Below, in pieces: positions 14,905 through 30,049 of a stretch of 64,000 nt of DNA. Both the position numbers and the translations under genes were made by a program. The notes beneath the pieces are model-generated. The model saw nothing but the letters and a program-made list of their open reading frames with translations. It did no database searches and was not told the origin of the DNA. The stretch comes from the human T2T-CHM13v2.0 reference genome, Homo sapiens, in assembly GCF_009914755.1 (NCBI RefSeq), contig NC_060928.1, one strand, 5' to 3'. The first letter of the stretch is position 1; the number at the start of each line of letters is the position of its first letter.

Positions 14905-15550
14905 CTTTTCACTTTTAAAAATGTTTTAATTTGAAACAATGTAACACTTAGAGAAAAAGTTAAAAAATATATATACTAACAGATTTTTTTCCTGAATGTA
15001 TTGAGAGTTGCTGACAACATGTCCCAATATTTTAAATATTCAAGTGCATTTCCTTCAAGAAAGCATATTATCTCATATAACTACAGTATACTCATCAATG
15101 TCAAGAAATTAACATTGATTCATTACTTAAATCTGCATTTCAGATTTTTTTCAAGTTTAGTCAGTTGTCTTAACAATGTTCTCTATAGGAGATACACACT
15201 ATTCAGAATCTATGTTGCATTTACTTTCTTTGTTTCTCTGTGATAGTTGCTTCTTGACTTTTATGATGTGGACAATTTTAAATAATATAAGTCAATTGTT
15301 GGGAAGAATGACATTCAATTTGGGTCTGTCTAGTGTTTCCTCATATTAGCAAAAATGTCAGAAGTAATACTGTGTTCTTCTCATTGCGTTCCAACAGCTG
15401 GCCTACAATTTCAATATGTCCTAGTATTGACGATCTTGACTTTGATCCTTGATTTAGGCAGGGTCTTCCAAAAACCTTTGCCACTATAAAGTTACTCTTT
15501 TTTTGTATTTTGCAATTGAAACATAATTTATACAAAGGTACTTTGAGACT
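14905..15550 (-). mobile_element. Ancient L1MC4-like 3' fragment
   Basis: caagaaattaacattgat, aatttgggtctgtctagtgtttcctcat and ccactataaagttactcttttt are L1MC-like blocks. Confidence 0.6.
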
Positions 15551-18245
15551 CCACGGATGACCTCCTCGACAATATCCCCACTTCATACAAATGACCATCT
15601 CCTCCCGTATGGGCTCTGGCACACTGTTCCTGTCCCAGAGTCACCTACCCCCGGTCACATTCTCACAGTCTTCTTACCTGCCGGGGCCTTGATTTTAGGG
15701 TTTTGTTGTTGTTTAAGGCTCTCTCCAGATAATCACTTAGATGTGTGCCTCTCTCTCTTTTTAATCTATTCTCATTAAGATTCATGTTCACATCTGTTTT
15801 ATGATTCTTCAAATTCCTTCTCTCTGGGGTACAGCACATAATAAAATACAATAATGTATAAAGATTTGACCACAGTTTAGTAAGTAAAAGGAAAGAATCA
15901 ATAATCAGCCATTATTTATTGGATATATTCTTTGTGCCAAATCTTGGTTGAATGTATCAAAAATAATAAGACATTGACTTTCTCTTTAAGGAGTCAAAGT
16001 AGGTACCATAGAAACTGATAAGGTGAACTTAATAAGGCGGACGAAAAAATGGCAGTAAATAGAGGATGTTATGAAAGATAAGAAAGGGTAGATTTAGCTC
16101 AAATTTAAATCCAAAGTAGGCTTTCAGCTGAAATATCTGAGACGCATCTTGAATTTCTAATATTTTATATTACATTTCTATTGTTTTGTATACCATTGAG
16201 ACTTACTATCATTACACTTACTCATTTCTATTTGACCAGTATTTTATCACTGAAGCTAGTTCATGTGTCCCATCTTAAGATACAATGCTTTCTTAGATTC
16301 ACAGTGCTGAGATGTCTCAGAAGTTATTTACTATACATCTTATCAATATAAAAACAATAAGGAACACACTTATTAAAAAAAATACACTTTTAAAATGACT
16401 GTGACCCACCTTTTTTATACTGCTGGTGGTAAAAATCCTCATATTTTGTGAAGAAAAACTCACAATAAACTACGTAAGTGTTCTCAAGTATCTCTATTCA
16501 TACAGATGTAAATATATCACAGAATATGTAATGATTTGATGAAATAACTTTTGAGCTTGATGAGGCAAAATTCTGGCACTATCCAAAATCCAGATTTTTA
16601 CCTACATAAAAAATATTGAAGGAACTGTTTTCTTATATCTTTGGAGCAATATTGTATTTGAGGTGATGAGAGCTATAACAGTCTGTAACACTTAAATTCT
16701 TTATGTTCACACAGCAGGTTTTTAGACAGCAAAGAAGAATTTGTAGTCCAATTGGTCAGAACCCTGTTCACGTTCCACAAACACATCTCATCAGCTCTAG
16801 TCTAAAGCAGTATCACAATATCACAGTTGATACTAATAATACTATTCATTTATTGACCACATCTTTACCTTCAAATTTGTATATTTTGAATATTGTATAA
16901 TTTGAATTTTGTATATTGATCTCTTGACTTCTTTGCACTAAAATTGTTTTTACACCAGAAAAAAAAAAAAAATATTAAAATTGTAACTTTATCATCACAG
17001 GTTGTGGATACCGCAGTTACCTAAGTATAATGAAGTATGCAGAAAGATCGTGCAGTCTTTGTCATTTTGAAGCATGTTCTTTGACAATATCAAGTGTGTT
17101 TACCTGCACTTCAACATTTTTAGTGTTATCTTAGTATAAGATAAACATACATTTATGAATGGGAATATTTAACTCTTTTAGGAATTGGGAAATGGAAAGT
17201 TGGCAAGCTATTTGTGATGAAGACAAGCAACCTACCACTGCCAGTTTTCTAGATGAGTAGCTGCATCTGCTAAAGTTGAAAGAAGACCTACATGAGAGTT
17301 TCTAGTTTATAGATATGTAACAGTTCCCTTAAATCTACTTTGTAAAAGAACAAAAGACATTCAGAAGAATTGCTTTTTCTTAACTTCTTGAGCATTTGTC
17401 AACTTACAATCTTCTGATGGTAGATTGGTCAGTTTTGAGGAATTAATTACTTACTTCTATGATAAATAAATTAATCCGTTGGCCTAAATTTTATGTGAAT
17501 CAAATACAATATTTAACTAAAATAAGACCATTGCGGTCATTCCACGCCGCAAACTATAATACTATCAATGACTCTATGGATGAAAATAACCCTCAGAGAC
17601 TTTTGCATTTAGTTCTTTATAATGAACAATTATATTCAATAATTAAATATAAAAAGATAATTGTGCAGATGAAGTTGAGTGTGATGCTTAAAAATTGAAC
17701 ATATTCAACTGAATTCTAAAGAGATAAATCATGTATTCTCAGTAATGTACTACTTTTTCCTCCAAAGAAAAATTTCCCACAGCATTTAGGCTGAATTAAC
17801 TTTCAGTTTTGAGTTTGCCTTAAATTCAAGCAGTATATGCCTTGTTTTCTCAGGCTGTATAAGCAAGTTTCAAACGTCTGTCAGCAAATCAACAACAGAG
17901 CTACTCATCTAAGCTTGAGCAGTGACCTGCAAAATCAAATGAAATGTAAATTATTCTGAATTACAACATCCATGTATAACCTCTTTTATTAAATTCTACT
18001 GAGAAAATTTGTTTTATTCTTTTATCATTCCTCAAATTTTGAAAAGGTTATGTTCATCGCATAAAAAGGCCCTGAGTAGAGTTTTATATTCATAAATGTA
18101 GAGATGATAAGCTTAAGATTTACTCAGCCATAAGGAGTAAAACTACTAGAAGCTTTGCTCAAGACACATTTAATTGCCTGAAATGAGCCTTGAGAATCTC
18201 TTTTGGGCCATGTTTCAACAGGAAGCATCTTTTGCCTTATGATGG

Positions 18246-18772
18246 TGTCAAGAAAAACTACACGGAATAAAGTTAAGTAATATTTTATTCAAGACTATTG
18301 CAGTGGAGGCCAAGGCTATTTCAATATGGTAGAGAGACTGAACTCAATTCCACTGAAACAAATGGCATGAGAGTTTTTAAGCACTGGGATAGGCTAGTGG
18401 AAATGTGCTGGAGGACTTTTCAGGGGAGGTTGGTCAATTTGATTAGGCCATCTCTGTTTGCTACTTGGCTCTTGGGGAAGTTAGGCTCCTAGCCTCCCAT
18501 AGAGAATGGGAGATAGAGGCACTGTCTTTCTCTGTGGTTATATTTCAAAGAAAGGGATGACTCCCAAATTCTCAAAAAAGACATTCCTGGTTTGCAAAAC
18601 TGGTCAGGAGTTTTTGTTAAAATTTACATCTCAAAGGTTCAGAGAAAGAATTTACAATTATAAGATTTCTAAAGTCAATGCTCTAAGAAAAAGTTGATCA
18701 AGGCCTACAGTCAGAAAGAAATTTGTCTGAAGCTCAGTCAAGCTAAGAGGAATATTAATGCTCTCTTGGTTA
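18246..18772 (-). mobile_element. ERV1 solo LTR, MER31/MER67-like
   Basis: tgtcaagaaaaa terminus; reverse AATAAA in ttttattcaagactattgca; tttctaaagtcaatgctctaagaaaa; TSD atgg/attg. Confidence 0.75.
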
Positions 18773-19343
18773 ATTGATAATTATCCCACTGATTACCAAA
18801 AAATAGTAGCACTTGACAGTGATTTATTTTAGGGCATATTATTCAGTCTGTATTCTAACTAAAGAACTCTTACTAAGTTTTTTGGGTATTTTTTTTTCTT
18901 CAGAGTTTTCTCTTCAGAGGTTAGTTATCATTCATACCTGAATGATATCTTCAGATATCATTACTACTACTACTACTACTAATACAAATAAAAGATAGCT
19001 AAAATCACATAATTTTATCTCTGTGCTTGATTTTATTTGATGAATTCATGATTTTCAAATTCATGTTTAAAAAATATATCCTAGCAATTATTAATATTTT
19101 TTCATTGATCCCCAATATATAATAAATATAATGGAAGTGGCAAAGAGAATGTCAAAAGAGGCTTCAGAAATAGGAAATATCAAATTGTAGGTCAGATCTA
19201 TATCCTTCCATAATATTAACCCTGGATGTCTATTGTGTTGTTTTTACAAAATAATTTTGTACATTTGAAATTCAGGTATTCATTAAGGTATTGGTTAGAT
19301 ATTGTGATTCTGAAGCTCTTTTTGAAAAATCAAGATGAATCTT

Positions 19344-19977
19344 TGTCAGAGGCATTTGAACCACAGCAACTCCATTTTGAATAGGGGCTAGGTAGAATGA
19401 GGCTGAGACCTACTGTGATACATTCCCAGTAGATTAAGGTATTCTTAGTTACAGGATGAGATAGGAGGTTGGCACAAGATACAGGTCATAAAGACCTTGC
19501 TGATAAAACAGTTTGCAGTAAAGAAGCTGGTCAAAACACACCAAACCCAGATAGTGACAAAAGTAGCCTCTGGTCCTCCTCACTACTTATCATATGCTAA
19601 TTATAATGCATTAGCATGCTAAAAGACACTCCCACCAGGACCATGACAGTTTACAAATGCCATGGCAATGTCAGAAATTTACCCTGTATAGTCTAAAATG
19701 GGGAGGAACTCTCAGTTCTGGGAATTGCTCACTCCTTTCCTGGAAAACTCATGAATAATTCACCCCCTGTTTAGCATATAATCAAGAAGTAACAACGAGT
19801 ATAAGCAGCTTAGCAGCCCATGCCACTGCTCTGCCTATGGAGTAACCATTCTTTATTGCTTTACTTTCTTAATAAACTTGCTTTCACTTTCCTCTATGGA
19901 TTCGCCTCAAATCCTTTTTTGCTCAAAATTCAAGAACCCTTTCTTGGGGTCTGGATAGGGACCCCTTTTTGCTAACA
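19344..19977 (+). mobile_element. MER41B solo LTR
   Basis: tgtcagaggcatttgaacc start, ...accccttttgctaaca end; 634 bp; AATAAA at 19871; TSD tctt/cctt. Confidence 0.92.
19716..19745. promoter_or_regulatory. Tandem GAS (STAT) motifs in MER41B
   Basis: TTCTGGGAA at 19716-19724 and TTCCTGGAA at 19737-19745 both fit TTCNNNGAA; activity not shown. Confidence 0.6.
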
Positions 19978-20051
19978 CCTTGATATACTGTGCGGTTTAT
20001 TAATACAGGTTTTTATCAGATGTGCTTTCTCGCAAAGGAGCGTATCTTAGC

Positions 20052-20665
20052 TGTAGGGGGCAGAGCTCTTGTTTGCCCCCTGAAAGTTTGCTGAGATACC
20101 AACTTGCAAAAGGCAGATTAACTGGAGAAAAGGCGTATGAATTTATTTAACATGAGTACTCAGGAAATTCAGAATGAAGGCTCAAAGATACAGGAGAAAG
20201 TGTCACCTTTTACGCTTAGGTTAAACAAAGTATGGACAACCATGTAGAAATATAATTGGACAAAAAGTGTTTGATCTAATAGACTGAGTAGGGAGACCCA
20301 ATGAGGTCTGTCCATCCAGATTATTTTCATCTCTGTGAGCATGTGTTCTTTTCTTCTGGGAATGGGGAAGGACCCTCTTGAATGGGGTCTATGACCTACA
20401 GTCAAATAAAATAGGTCAGATAATTTATTTATGGCCAATTTATACACAGAAAGGCAGAGGAAAATTAATATTCTTTAGGTTTTATAGCTGGCTTTAGAGA
20501 AAAGATATTCTGGTTTCTGTGGCCTGAATTGGGGAAAGAGAGATTCTAGTGTCTATAATTAGCTTCAGAGGAGAATGGGACTGAGACAAGAGGGCAGGAC
20601 AAGATCAAAAATAAACTTTTGCTTCTGAGGACTTCACTTGGGGGTATCGTTTCTGAGTTCTTAGG
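20052..20665 (-). mobile_element. MER39-like ERV1 solo LTR
   Basis: Reverse strand starts ...ctcagaaacgatacccc..aagtgaagtcctcagaagcaaaagttt; perfect TSD TAGC. Confidence 0.8.
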
Positions 20666-20829
20666 TAGCTAAAGGTGATTAGATTGGTGTTTGTTTACAA
20701 AAATGCATCAAGTGCATTGAATAACTAATTAAGAAAAAAAAGCTCACACTGAGAACTTTAACCAAGAAGATTTTTCATGTTTGTCCACAAATTGTAAAAA
20801 GTCTCAAATATATTCACAAAGATTTGTTG

Positions 20830-21040
20830 TGTTCTCACTTTGTGCAAATATATTGACATATAATATTTAATTTAATCATAATAAAAGCCCTGTTAAGTTA
20901 AATAGTTTTATAATATCTCTTTTAAAATAAAGAGTAGGGCTTATATATATTCGGTGGTTCATTCATGGCCACCCAGCTGTCAAATGGTGGAGCCAACACT
21001 TTCATGAAGGCATATAAGGTTCTAGAAACCACTGTTCAAC
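20830..21040 (-). mobile_element. MIR fragment
   Basis: Degraded tttaatcataataaaagccctg...atggccacccagctgtcaaatggtggagcc. Confidence 0.45.
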
Positions 21041-22992
21041 TCTCAAGTTGTGTTGTCCCTCCCATTAGGCTGGCAGATTGTAGCAATTTTAAATTATAAT
21101 AAAAAGTAGCAAAAGAAAAAGTCAAGGGTAATATACACAATGGGAAGACTTTGACAATATACTAGGGACCCATGGAACCGTCAATGAAATTAAAATATTG
21201 TGTCTGTAAAGATAATCAAATTAATAATTTTTATGATGAAATCCAACTTCATTTCTAGATATAATGACTGAGACTAAGCAATGAATTTGTAGTTTATTTG
21301 TTTGCTTTTTTTTTGCAAGAAAATATAAAACAAAATAAGTAGTTTTGTTCACCCTGCAGGGAATCTTTCAGGATTAACTGCATGAAATGAAGGATAAAAC
21401 TTGAAACTGGGTCAATTTGAAAACATGTATACGTTATTCCTTTATACTGAATTCTAATATACCTATATTAACAAAAAGAATGATGGCGATTTCCTTAAAG
21501 CTCTGAAATAACTTGAGTATTTTATGTACCAATGAAAACATTAAATGGATATAAAATATTTAGAAGAATCATTACAGTTCATATAGTAAATATTTTAATA
21601 AAAATATAAATTAACTTTGAAAAATCAAAACCTATTTTAAATGCATGAGAGGAAAGTATAATTCAATGTAATCCACTCATGAATATTTTTTAGTGCAAAT
21701 AATTATCTTTAATAGTTCCATTCTCTTTGTGAATCTGAACTTCCGAATATCAATTTTGTTTCCAAAGAAAATCCATATGTAATGTAAGAAGGAAAGAGTG
21801 GTTCTAAGTGTATAACCAATTTTTAAATGTTCTTGAATCACTAGTGTTGGTAAAATCCACACCCAAGTGTAAAATAAGCTTAGCTTCCAATTAAAATGTT
21901 ACAACTTGGTACTAAATCTAACCAACAATTTGAAACCTTCAGTAACACAAAAGTTGACACCGTTTTTTAAAAAGGTGGCAGACAATGCTTCACTAAAGTG
22001 AGATAGAGACTTTTAAAAGTTCCGTAAGAGCAAAATAATTCAAAAATAGAAACAAAGAAGAAATAAAGTATACCAAATTAAAATGTGTTGTTAGCATGTA
22101 CCATTTACTTAATGAAACATTAAAAGAAAGAGAAATATGTTAGATGTATTGAAATTTATGGTTCCCTTAAGTGCATGATAATTATCCCTTAATCATGATG
22201 ATAGATATTAAGATAAAATACTGTTAGTTTAGAAAATTCTTTGTAAAAATATTATATTTTTTATAATTCAACTTGAAGTTTTTCACCTGTTCCTAGTATT
22301 TTTTGAATTTCACAATTTTTTTTTGTAATATTTCAGGGAAAACAATATGGTTTCTCTACTTCACAGGAGTGAATACCATGCAACCAGCACATTCCCAGTC
22401 AATCTAAGGAATTTTGCACTTTCTGCAAGTTTCTTAATGTAATAAATATATCAGTATTTTGGAAAATCTGCTTTAAAATACACGCTAATAGTCAGTGGCC
22501 TTCAAACACTATCTTCTTTATCATGAGATAACTGGAATAATGGTTATAATCAGCCAAAAAGATCAATAATTATAATGAAGGTGATTTCATGGTGAAGATT
22601 TGGCATGAATAAGCTTATGCTTAATTACAGGGGGACATGTTCCACTTTTTCTTCTGTTATAATATGCATAGTTATATATTCCCCCTCTTAAGTTTTACCT
22701 TTTAAAGAGCACGTTTATGTCAATATGAACAACAACATAACAAAACAAAAATAATTTTGCTGGTATATTTCAGTTGAACTTCTTCTGTACATGGAAGAGT
22801 CATTATAAATATATGGCACCTTCTGCTCAGAGGTGAGTCAGGCAAAAGTGTATTAAACATGTTGAATGAAGGTCACTGACTGCATGTGTTTCAAATGAAA
22901 CTTTTCTATAAATAAAATGTTTAGCTCAGCTTTACTAAAGCAATATTCTCATTTTTTAATAACCAGTTTGAAAATGTGTATATTTTCTTTTA

Positions 22993-23322
<330 letters not shown>

Positions 23323-23458
23323 TTAAAGTTCCATTTAATCAAGTATATTATTTACTCAATCAGAAAATATTTATTATATATCAATTACATACTTGGCTAG
23401 GTAGGTACTAAGGTTCTGGAAATTCCCCCGGGGTTGGGGAAAATAATGATAAGTTTCC

Positions 23459-24091
23459 TATAGCAGACAGAACAATGATTTGCCTAGAGTAATCCACTTC
23501 CTAATTCCACAAGTACCAGATAGTTTTCACACCCTGTATGCTATGGATCACTTGGCACCACCCAGATCTGAAAACTGGACCTGGGTCCATTATTCAAGAA
23601 TATTGTTCCAATTATTTTATTATATCCCAATCCCCAGCACCTTTGACTATGTTAACTTGTATGGTGAAGGGGACTTTGTAGACATGATTAAGAAAGATTT
23701 TCAGACAATCCCTTTGAGAGAGAAATATTTTCCTAGATTATCTGGGTGAGTCCAAAATGATCATAAAGTTTTTATAATAAGGAGGCAGGAGAATCAGAGT
23801 CAGAGAGAGAAGGCATGCCATTGGAAAAAGGTCAGAGACAAAAGAAGATTTTATGCTGCCAAACTGTGAAAATGAAGGAAAGGGCCACAAGCTGAGATTT
23901 GTAAGTGACTTCTAGAATCTGGAAAAAGCAAGGAAAGCGATTCTCCCCCAGAGCTACAGCTGGAACACAGCACTGCTGACACCTTGATTTTAGGATTTAC
24001 AACATCCATAAATATAAGACAATAAATTTGTATTGCTTTAAGCCACCAAGTTTGTGGTAGTTTGTTACAGCAGCAATAAGAAACTAATACA
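23459..24091 (+). mobile_element. MLT1D-like MaLR LTR
   Basis: ggggactttgtagacatgattaag; ends aagccaccaagtttgtggtagtttgttacagcagcaataagaaactaataca; about 100 bp near 23520-23620 does not fit. Confidence 0.8.
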
Positions 24092-24129
24092 GCTGCTATT
24101 TTTAAAGAATTGATACAAATGACTAAAAG

Positions 24130-25600
24130 CATATGTAATTAATGAATAAACACTGGTAAGTCTTATCAGTGAGATAAGTGGGAAGGAGGATGGTTAGATA
24201 TAGGTTAGTCAGTGATTTCTCTCTTAAGAAATTGTGTTTATTTTGTGCTCAAAGGGATAAAATGAGATGGTCTTGTAAAATGTGAGGGAAAGAATAACAT
24301 AGACATAAGCAATTTAAAAGGGTCTGAATTCTTTTCTTTTCACAAAGCATAGTCAACATGGTTGAAACATAATGAGAGAGAGAAAAAAATCATATAAAAT
24401 GAAGTTAAAATAAGGCAGGGGCTGATCATATTGAAATTTACAGATTATGGTACAGTTTTGAGTTTATTTTAAATGAATGTAATGTGGACCTATAAATAAA
24501 GCTGGGAATAATATTATTTTATCTAAATCTTTCAGAATTCAATATTTCTACTATGTAGTCATTGGATTAGCTGAAGACAGAAGAAAAAAACACTAGTTAA
24601 GCTACCATTTGAATAAATCATACTGGAGATGTTGGTATCTTCAACTATGATGATGTCAGTGAAAGTAGAAAGAGTTGTTCATAGCATGGGCAGGATTTGT
24701 AGACAGGTTAGGATGGGAAGGTAGAAATGAGAGATCAAAACGAGACACAACTCATAAGCTATCTATTAGAGCAATTGAATGCATACATTGAATAGAAAAA
24801 GTACAAAGGCAAGAGATGAACTAAGAATCAAAATGCTATTTTCATATATTGGATTTGACATACTATTAGAGATTCTTGTTGAGATATATAGTAAGAAGTA
24901 GAATGTAGAATTGTACAAGTCTGTAATTCACAGGGAGATCTGAATAGGAGATTAAAAATATAGGAGTCACCATATTGTAGATTAAAAGTAAAGTTTAATA
25001 CACTATGAAGTACCTTGTGAACTAGTGTAAGAACTTTGCCTTTTTGCCTGAGTGACAAGAGAAGCCATTAGCAGGTTTCAAGCACAGAAGTGATATGATC
25101 TAAATTGTCTTTTGACTCCTATGTTGACAACTGAATGGTAGACAATATGAAAGATGAGAGACTATTCAGGAGAAAATTTGACAGTATCAGTGGCTGACAG
25201 ACTTAATACGGGTTGTAAAAGACAGAGAGGAGAAGAGAACTCCAATTCTGAGTTGTGATACCCGCAGGAATAGAGTTACCATTATTTGAGAGGGATAATA
25301 TTGAGATGAGCTCAATTTAGAACATGGTAAGTTTGAGAAGCCTATTGTATATCCAAATAAGATACCAACAAGACTGTATGATATGAGCCTAAATTTCAGA
25401 AATGGATCCAGGCTAAGATCTATATTTGAAAATCATCAGCCTATAGTTTTTTTAAAGGTATGAGACAGGATTAATTAACCAAGGAATGAGCTTATGTAGA
25501 GAGGAAACAAGAACCAGGAACTGAAGCACAGGAAATTCTGTATTTACTGATTGGGGAAATAACAAAACAGAGCAAAAAAGAAACAAAGAGTAGCCAAAAT
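24130..25600 (-). mobile_element. L2 LINE fragments
   Basis: Purine-rich degraded L2 blocks (gagaagccattagcaggtttcaagcacagaagtgatatgatct; ttagaacatggtaagtttgag); boundaries approximate. Confidence 0.6.
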
Positions 25601-26006
25601 GAGAATGTTATGGGGAAAAGAAGGAGTGCTAATCACCTTATACTCCACAGACATCTTCCAGAATGAGAACCAAATGCATTAATCACTAAAGAGATCTTTC
25701 TAGAAGTTGCACAGACATCTCAAATGTCTAAAAGTACTTTATTAATTGTATTGCAACGTTATGAACTCTCCATTTTAGTGAATGTCAACATGTCTCCCCA
25801 GATGTTCCAGTGAGAAATCTGAGAATCTCTCTTTTCTGTCTTTTCCCTAACTTCCCAGGTGCAATTAGTCTGTCCTGTGCTGTCTACTTTGAAAAAAATA
25901 AAAATTCTCTTCTTTCCCATTAGAAAATTCATTCTGTAATCAATTACAGAACTGATCAAGAAAGCTATCAGTTTTTATCTGTAATAATCCTTTTAAGTTG
26001 TTTTAG

Positions 26007-26444
<438 letters not shown>

Positions 26445-27910
26445 CATAGCCATGTTTTCTTTGGTGGTCTGTTCAGTGCAGAGATCCTCTCTCCTTTGTC
26501 TTTGTAAATGTATTCATGGTTCTCTCCTTCAATTGGCTCTCATTATTTTCAAGATAAATATTCATTTGAGTTTGGCTTTTAAAGAATTTTGTCATCTGAC
26601 CCTGGTTTACCTGTCTAGCTTGATCTCCTGGCATGTTCTTATATTATACAACAAATATTGTGAAATATTTCGTGTTTCCCTAAAGGACCATACTCTACCT
26701 TACGCATTTGCATATAAAATTTATTCTATGTAGAGTGATTATCTCTGCCTACTCATTTGTCTAAAGATTTGTTTCAAATATCAAACTGAGTTAATAAAGA
26801 GTTCCCTAAAATTCACAGGCAAAGTTAGGTTTTCTTTTAATCCTCTTTATTGCTAATGATACATTTTGTTTGATTTTTTAATTACTTTGCATCAATATTC
26901 TCAATTTGAGTTCTTGACAGAAAAGATAATACTACTTCACCTTCAAATCCAAATTAAAGTGTGGTATCAAGTACATAATAAAAACTAAATAAATTTTCAC
27001 AAAGAAAAGAAACGAAGAATGAAATAGTTATGCAGGAAAATAAAGGAGGATATTCTCTGCTTTTTAAAAATTAAATTAGATTTTAAACATTGAAATTTGT
27101 AATTTCACAATATTTACTATACCTCGATCTGCAATGTAAGTTACCCTAGGATTTGCTTCTTTTATGGCCTGATATTGAATAACCAGCGTGCTAAATCATT
27201 TGTGACTTATTTTATAATATGTTAGCAGCATATGTACATTTATATTTACATATAATGTGTGCATGTGTGTTTGTGTGTGTAATTCCATATTTGTCTGTAC
27301 TGAAGGAGCTGTCATGTTCTCTAATCAGGAGTTTACACACTTTCAGGAGAGTCAACTAGCATTCAAAGAGAAAGCACACACTACAGAGGGCAGTGTTTTA
27401 TATATTTCAACTATCTTAATGACCAAAGTTTGTTAATTTTTATAATAAATTTTGGAAATCAGTTTTGTTTTGTAATATCAATGGCCCATTAATTATGACA
27501 ATACCTTTTAGAAATGGGCTGTCATTGGTAAAATTATTGATGTACAGGGTGTGTGAATGGCTAATACATTTGAGATATACTTTCTACTCTTGCATATAGC
27601 AAGCTACAGAGTCTGAATCCTTAGGAATAAGGAATGACGTTTATTTCAAAATGTTTCTAAGTCTAGCTATTGACTCAGAGGATTCAGGATGCCTTATTCT
27701 GTGAACTAAGCTCTGCTTCCTGTATAATTGTGCCTAACACAAGTCAACATTTTATTAAAGATGTGGTGGAAGAATCTGAAACAACAGAAACATGAAATTT
27801 CATTATCTTTGTAAGACAAGCTGTGTCCATTTCTCCCTGGTAAATATATGTTTAATAAACGTCCTGTATGCCCCAAAAGTTAGTTGGTGATGACTTTCTG
27901 AGAGAGAAAC

Positions 27911-28743
27911 CAAAAGGGCCAAGGGAAAACTTCCCCTTTGCCCTCTGTAGTTTCATGGAAAAAAAATCAACTCAAAAAAGGTAGATTAACAAGAGAAATG
28001 GCACACAAATGTATGAATGTGTACACAGGGAGAATCAGAGTGATTGCCCAACCTCGCAATGGGGTACAGAAGTTTATACACACATACACACACACACACA
28101 CACACAAAATATACAAATATGTAAATATATATTATATATAGAGAAAATTATATATAAATATTTATATATAAGCTTCTAAATATATTAACATTTATATATA
28201 AGCTTCTATATAAAAGCATATATAAGATGGATGTCTATATAGATATATTTATAAATATATATCTGTATATATGTATATAGATATAAAATCACAGCTGAAC
28301 AGGCAAAAAAAAATAGTTTAGATGCCATCTTGAAGTTACAGAAAGAATAGGGGATCAGAGTATAAGCAAAAACAGGTTATAGTGGTAAATCAGGTTATAG
28401 TGGTAAGACAGGTTATAAGAGAGAGAGAAGAGGAGTCCTGGCTAGCAAAGGTGATCTTGTTATGTAAAAGAAATCTCATAGGTAGCAGCCCTCAGAGAAG
28501 ATAGATGGAAAATGTTTCTTTAGAGCTTTAAGGGGGTCAGACTCTCAGTTAATCTTCCCTAGACCTGGACAAGGAAAGACCTCAGAGAAAGCCGGCTTGC
28601 ATCAATGCAAATTTTCTATAGATTCAAATCTCCCAGACAAAAGGCAGCTTTGCAGGGGTATTACTGTTTATGGTCTCTCTGAACAGTCATCTCAAAATAT
28701 GCCAAAGAAGTAAATTTTGGGGTGAAATATTTTATTTCCTTTA
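27911..28743 (-). mobile_element. LTR49-like (MER4 group) solo LTR with a CA/TA-rich insert
   Basis: Ends catctcaaaatatgccaaagaagtaaattttggggtgaaatatttttatttcctt; collinear with the copy at 35369-36270. Confidence 0.8.
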
Positions 28744-29434
28744 TGACTGAGTCACACCCAACTCTCATTTTGGCAGTCACCATTATTAAGAGTTGTTAAA
28801 ACAGGTTTGAGTCAGCCTGATACACTGGGCTGCCTGGAAGTTCCTGAGCAACAACTCTATATGATATGGTGCAGGAAAAGCAGAAAGGGAGATGACAGAC
28901 TGGGAGACAAAGCATTTGACTGTCACTGCCTTTGTTGATGAAGACAAGTGTGCTTGCCAAAGTGCTTTTACAAATGTGCTAAGGTGCTCCAGAGCAGCCA
29001 AACAAAACCTTCACAAGGTTAGGCAAGATAGAAAACCCTTCAACATAATGAGAATGAATCTCTTCTATCTGATGAAGCTCTATGTCCTCTCCTTAACTCT
29101 CACAGACCCCAGAGGAAAGTGTTCAAACAAATACAGACTTGAGCATCTAAATGTTATTTATTCCTGGTCTATATCTTTTTCTTCTCTTAATATCCCTTAA
29201 ATTTAAAGTCATCATAGCCTGTAATTTAAAAGTATTTATTCTGATTGCTTATTTTCTGTAATTTATCTCCAATGAGATTGCAAGCTCTTCAAGGCTAAGA
29301 GATAGGACGTTGGGAAGACTCTTCAGAGGAGCATGGAATAAGAAAATATAATAATAAACTGACACTTTCTCTTTCAATCCTTGTAGGAAGAGAGATTTTG
29401 AGGAATAAAACGCTGAAGTTTCCTGAGGAAGCAC

Positions 29435-29937
29435 TGTTGCCGTAGAACACCAAAAGCAAGTTTCAAGTACTGCATGCATCCTAAGCCAAATACTGACACA
29501 TTAGTGCTTAGGAGCAGAGAAAGGTTTATACAATTTGGCCAAATCCTCAAGACAGGACAGGCAAAATATTTAATCTGACCTGCCTTTGAACATTACTGCC
29601 TTTGAACATTTATGAATACAGTAGGTATGTAGGAGGTGAGACCTCAATGATCAAAGCTGCTTACCTCCCTTGGCTGATCAAACTTCTGGACAACATCAAG
29701 GAGGTCTGCATGATATAAGGATTATTGTTCTTTGAATGAAAAAAAAGGTTCATTAATCTTATTGGCAGCCACCAGGAGTCAGGATATGAAGTTAATCAGT
29801 TATTAGTGAGTTGGTGACCACCTCTACTGAAATGACTTAAGTACAAGTTATCATACATGGAGAAAGAAAAAGACAAAGAAAGAGGAAGATAAGTAAAACA
29901 AACATCTTAGGATTTTTATCATATAGGCTCAGTTACA
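29435..29937 (-). mobile_element. 3' LTR of a class I ERV, family unassigned
   Basis: TG...CA termini; purine tract (agtggggatgt on the minus strand) next to it; part of it recurs at 33222-33470. Confidence 0.75.
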
Positions 29938-30049
29938 ACATCCCCACTGTCACTGTTTCATGCCTCAGTACTGAAGAGTTGGGGTGTTGACTCATTCTAA
30001 CTACTTCCTCCGAAAGGGGTGTTGCTATGGGGCCAAGGAAAGGAACTTA

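Noticed and set aside
29580-29610. Duplicated ctgcctttgaacatt (TCF/LEF-like CTTTGAA twice)
   Set aside because: A 16-bp slippage duplication in an old LTR; too little evidence for function.
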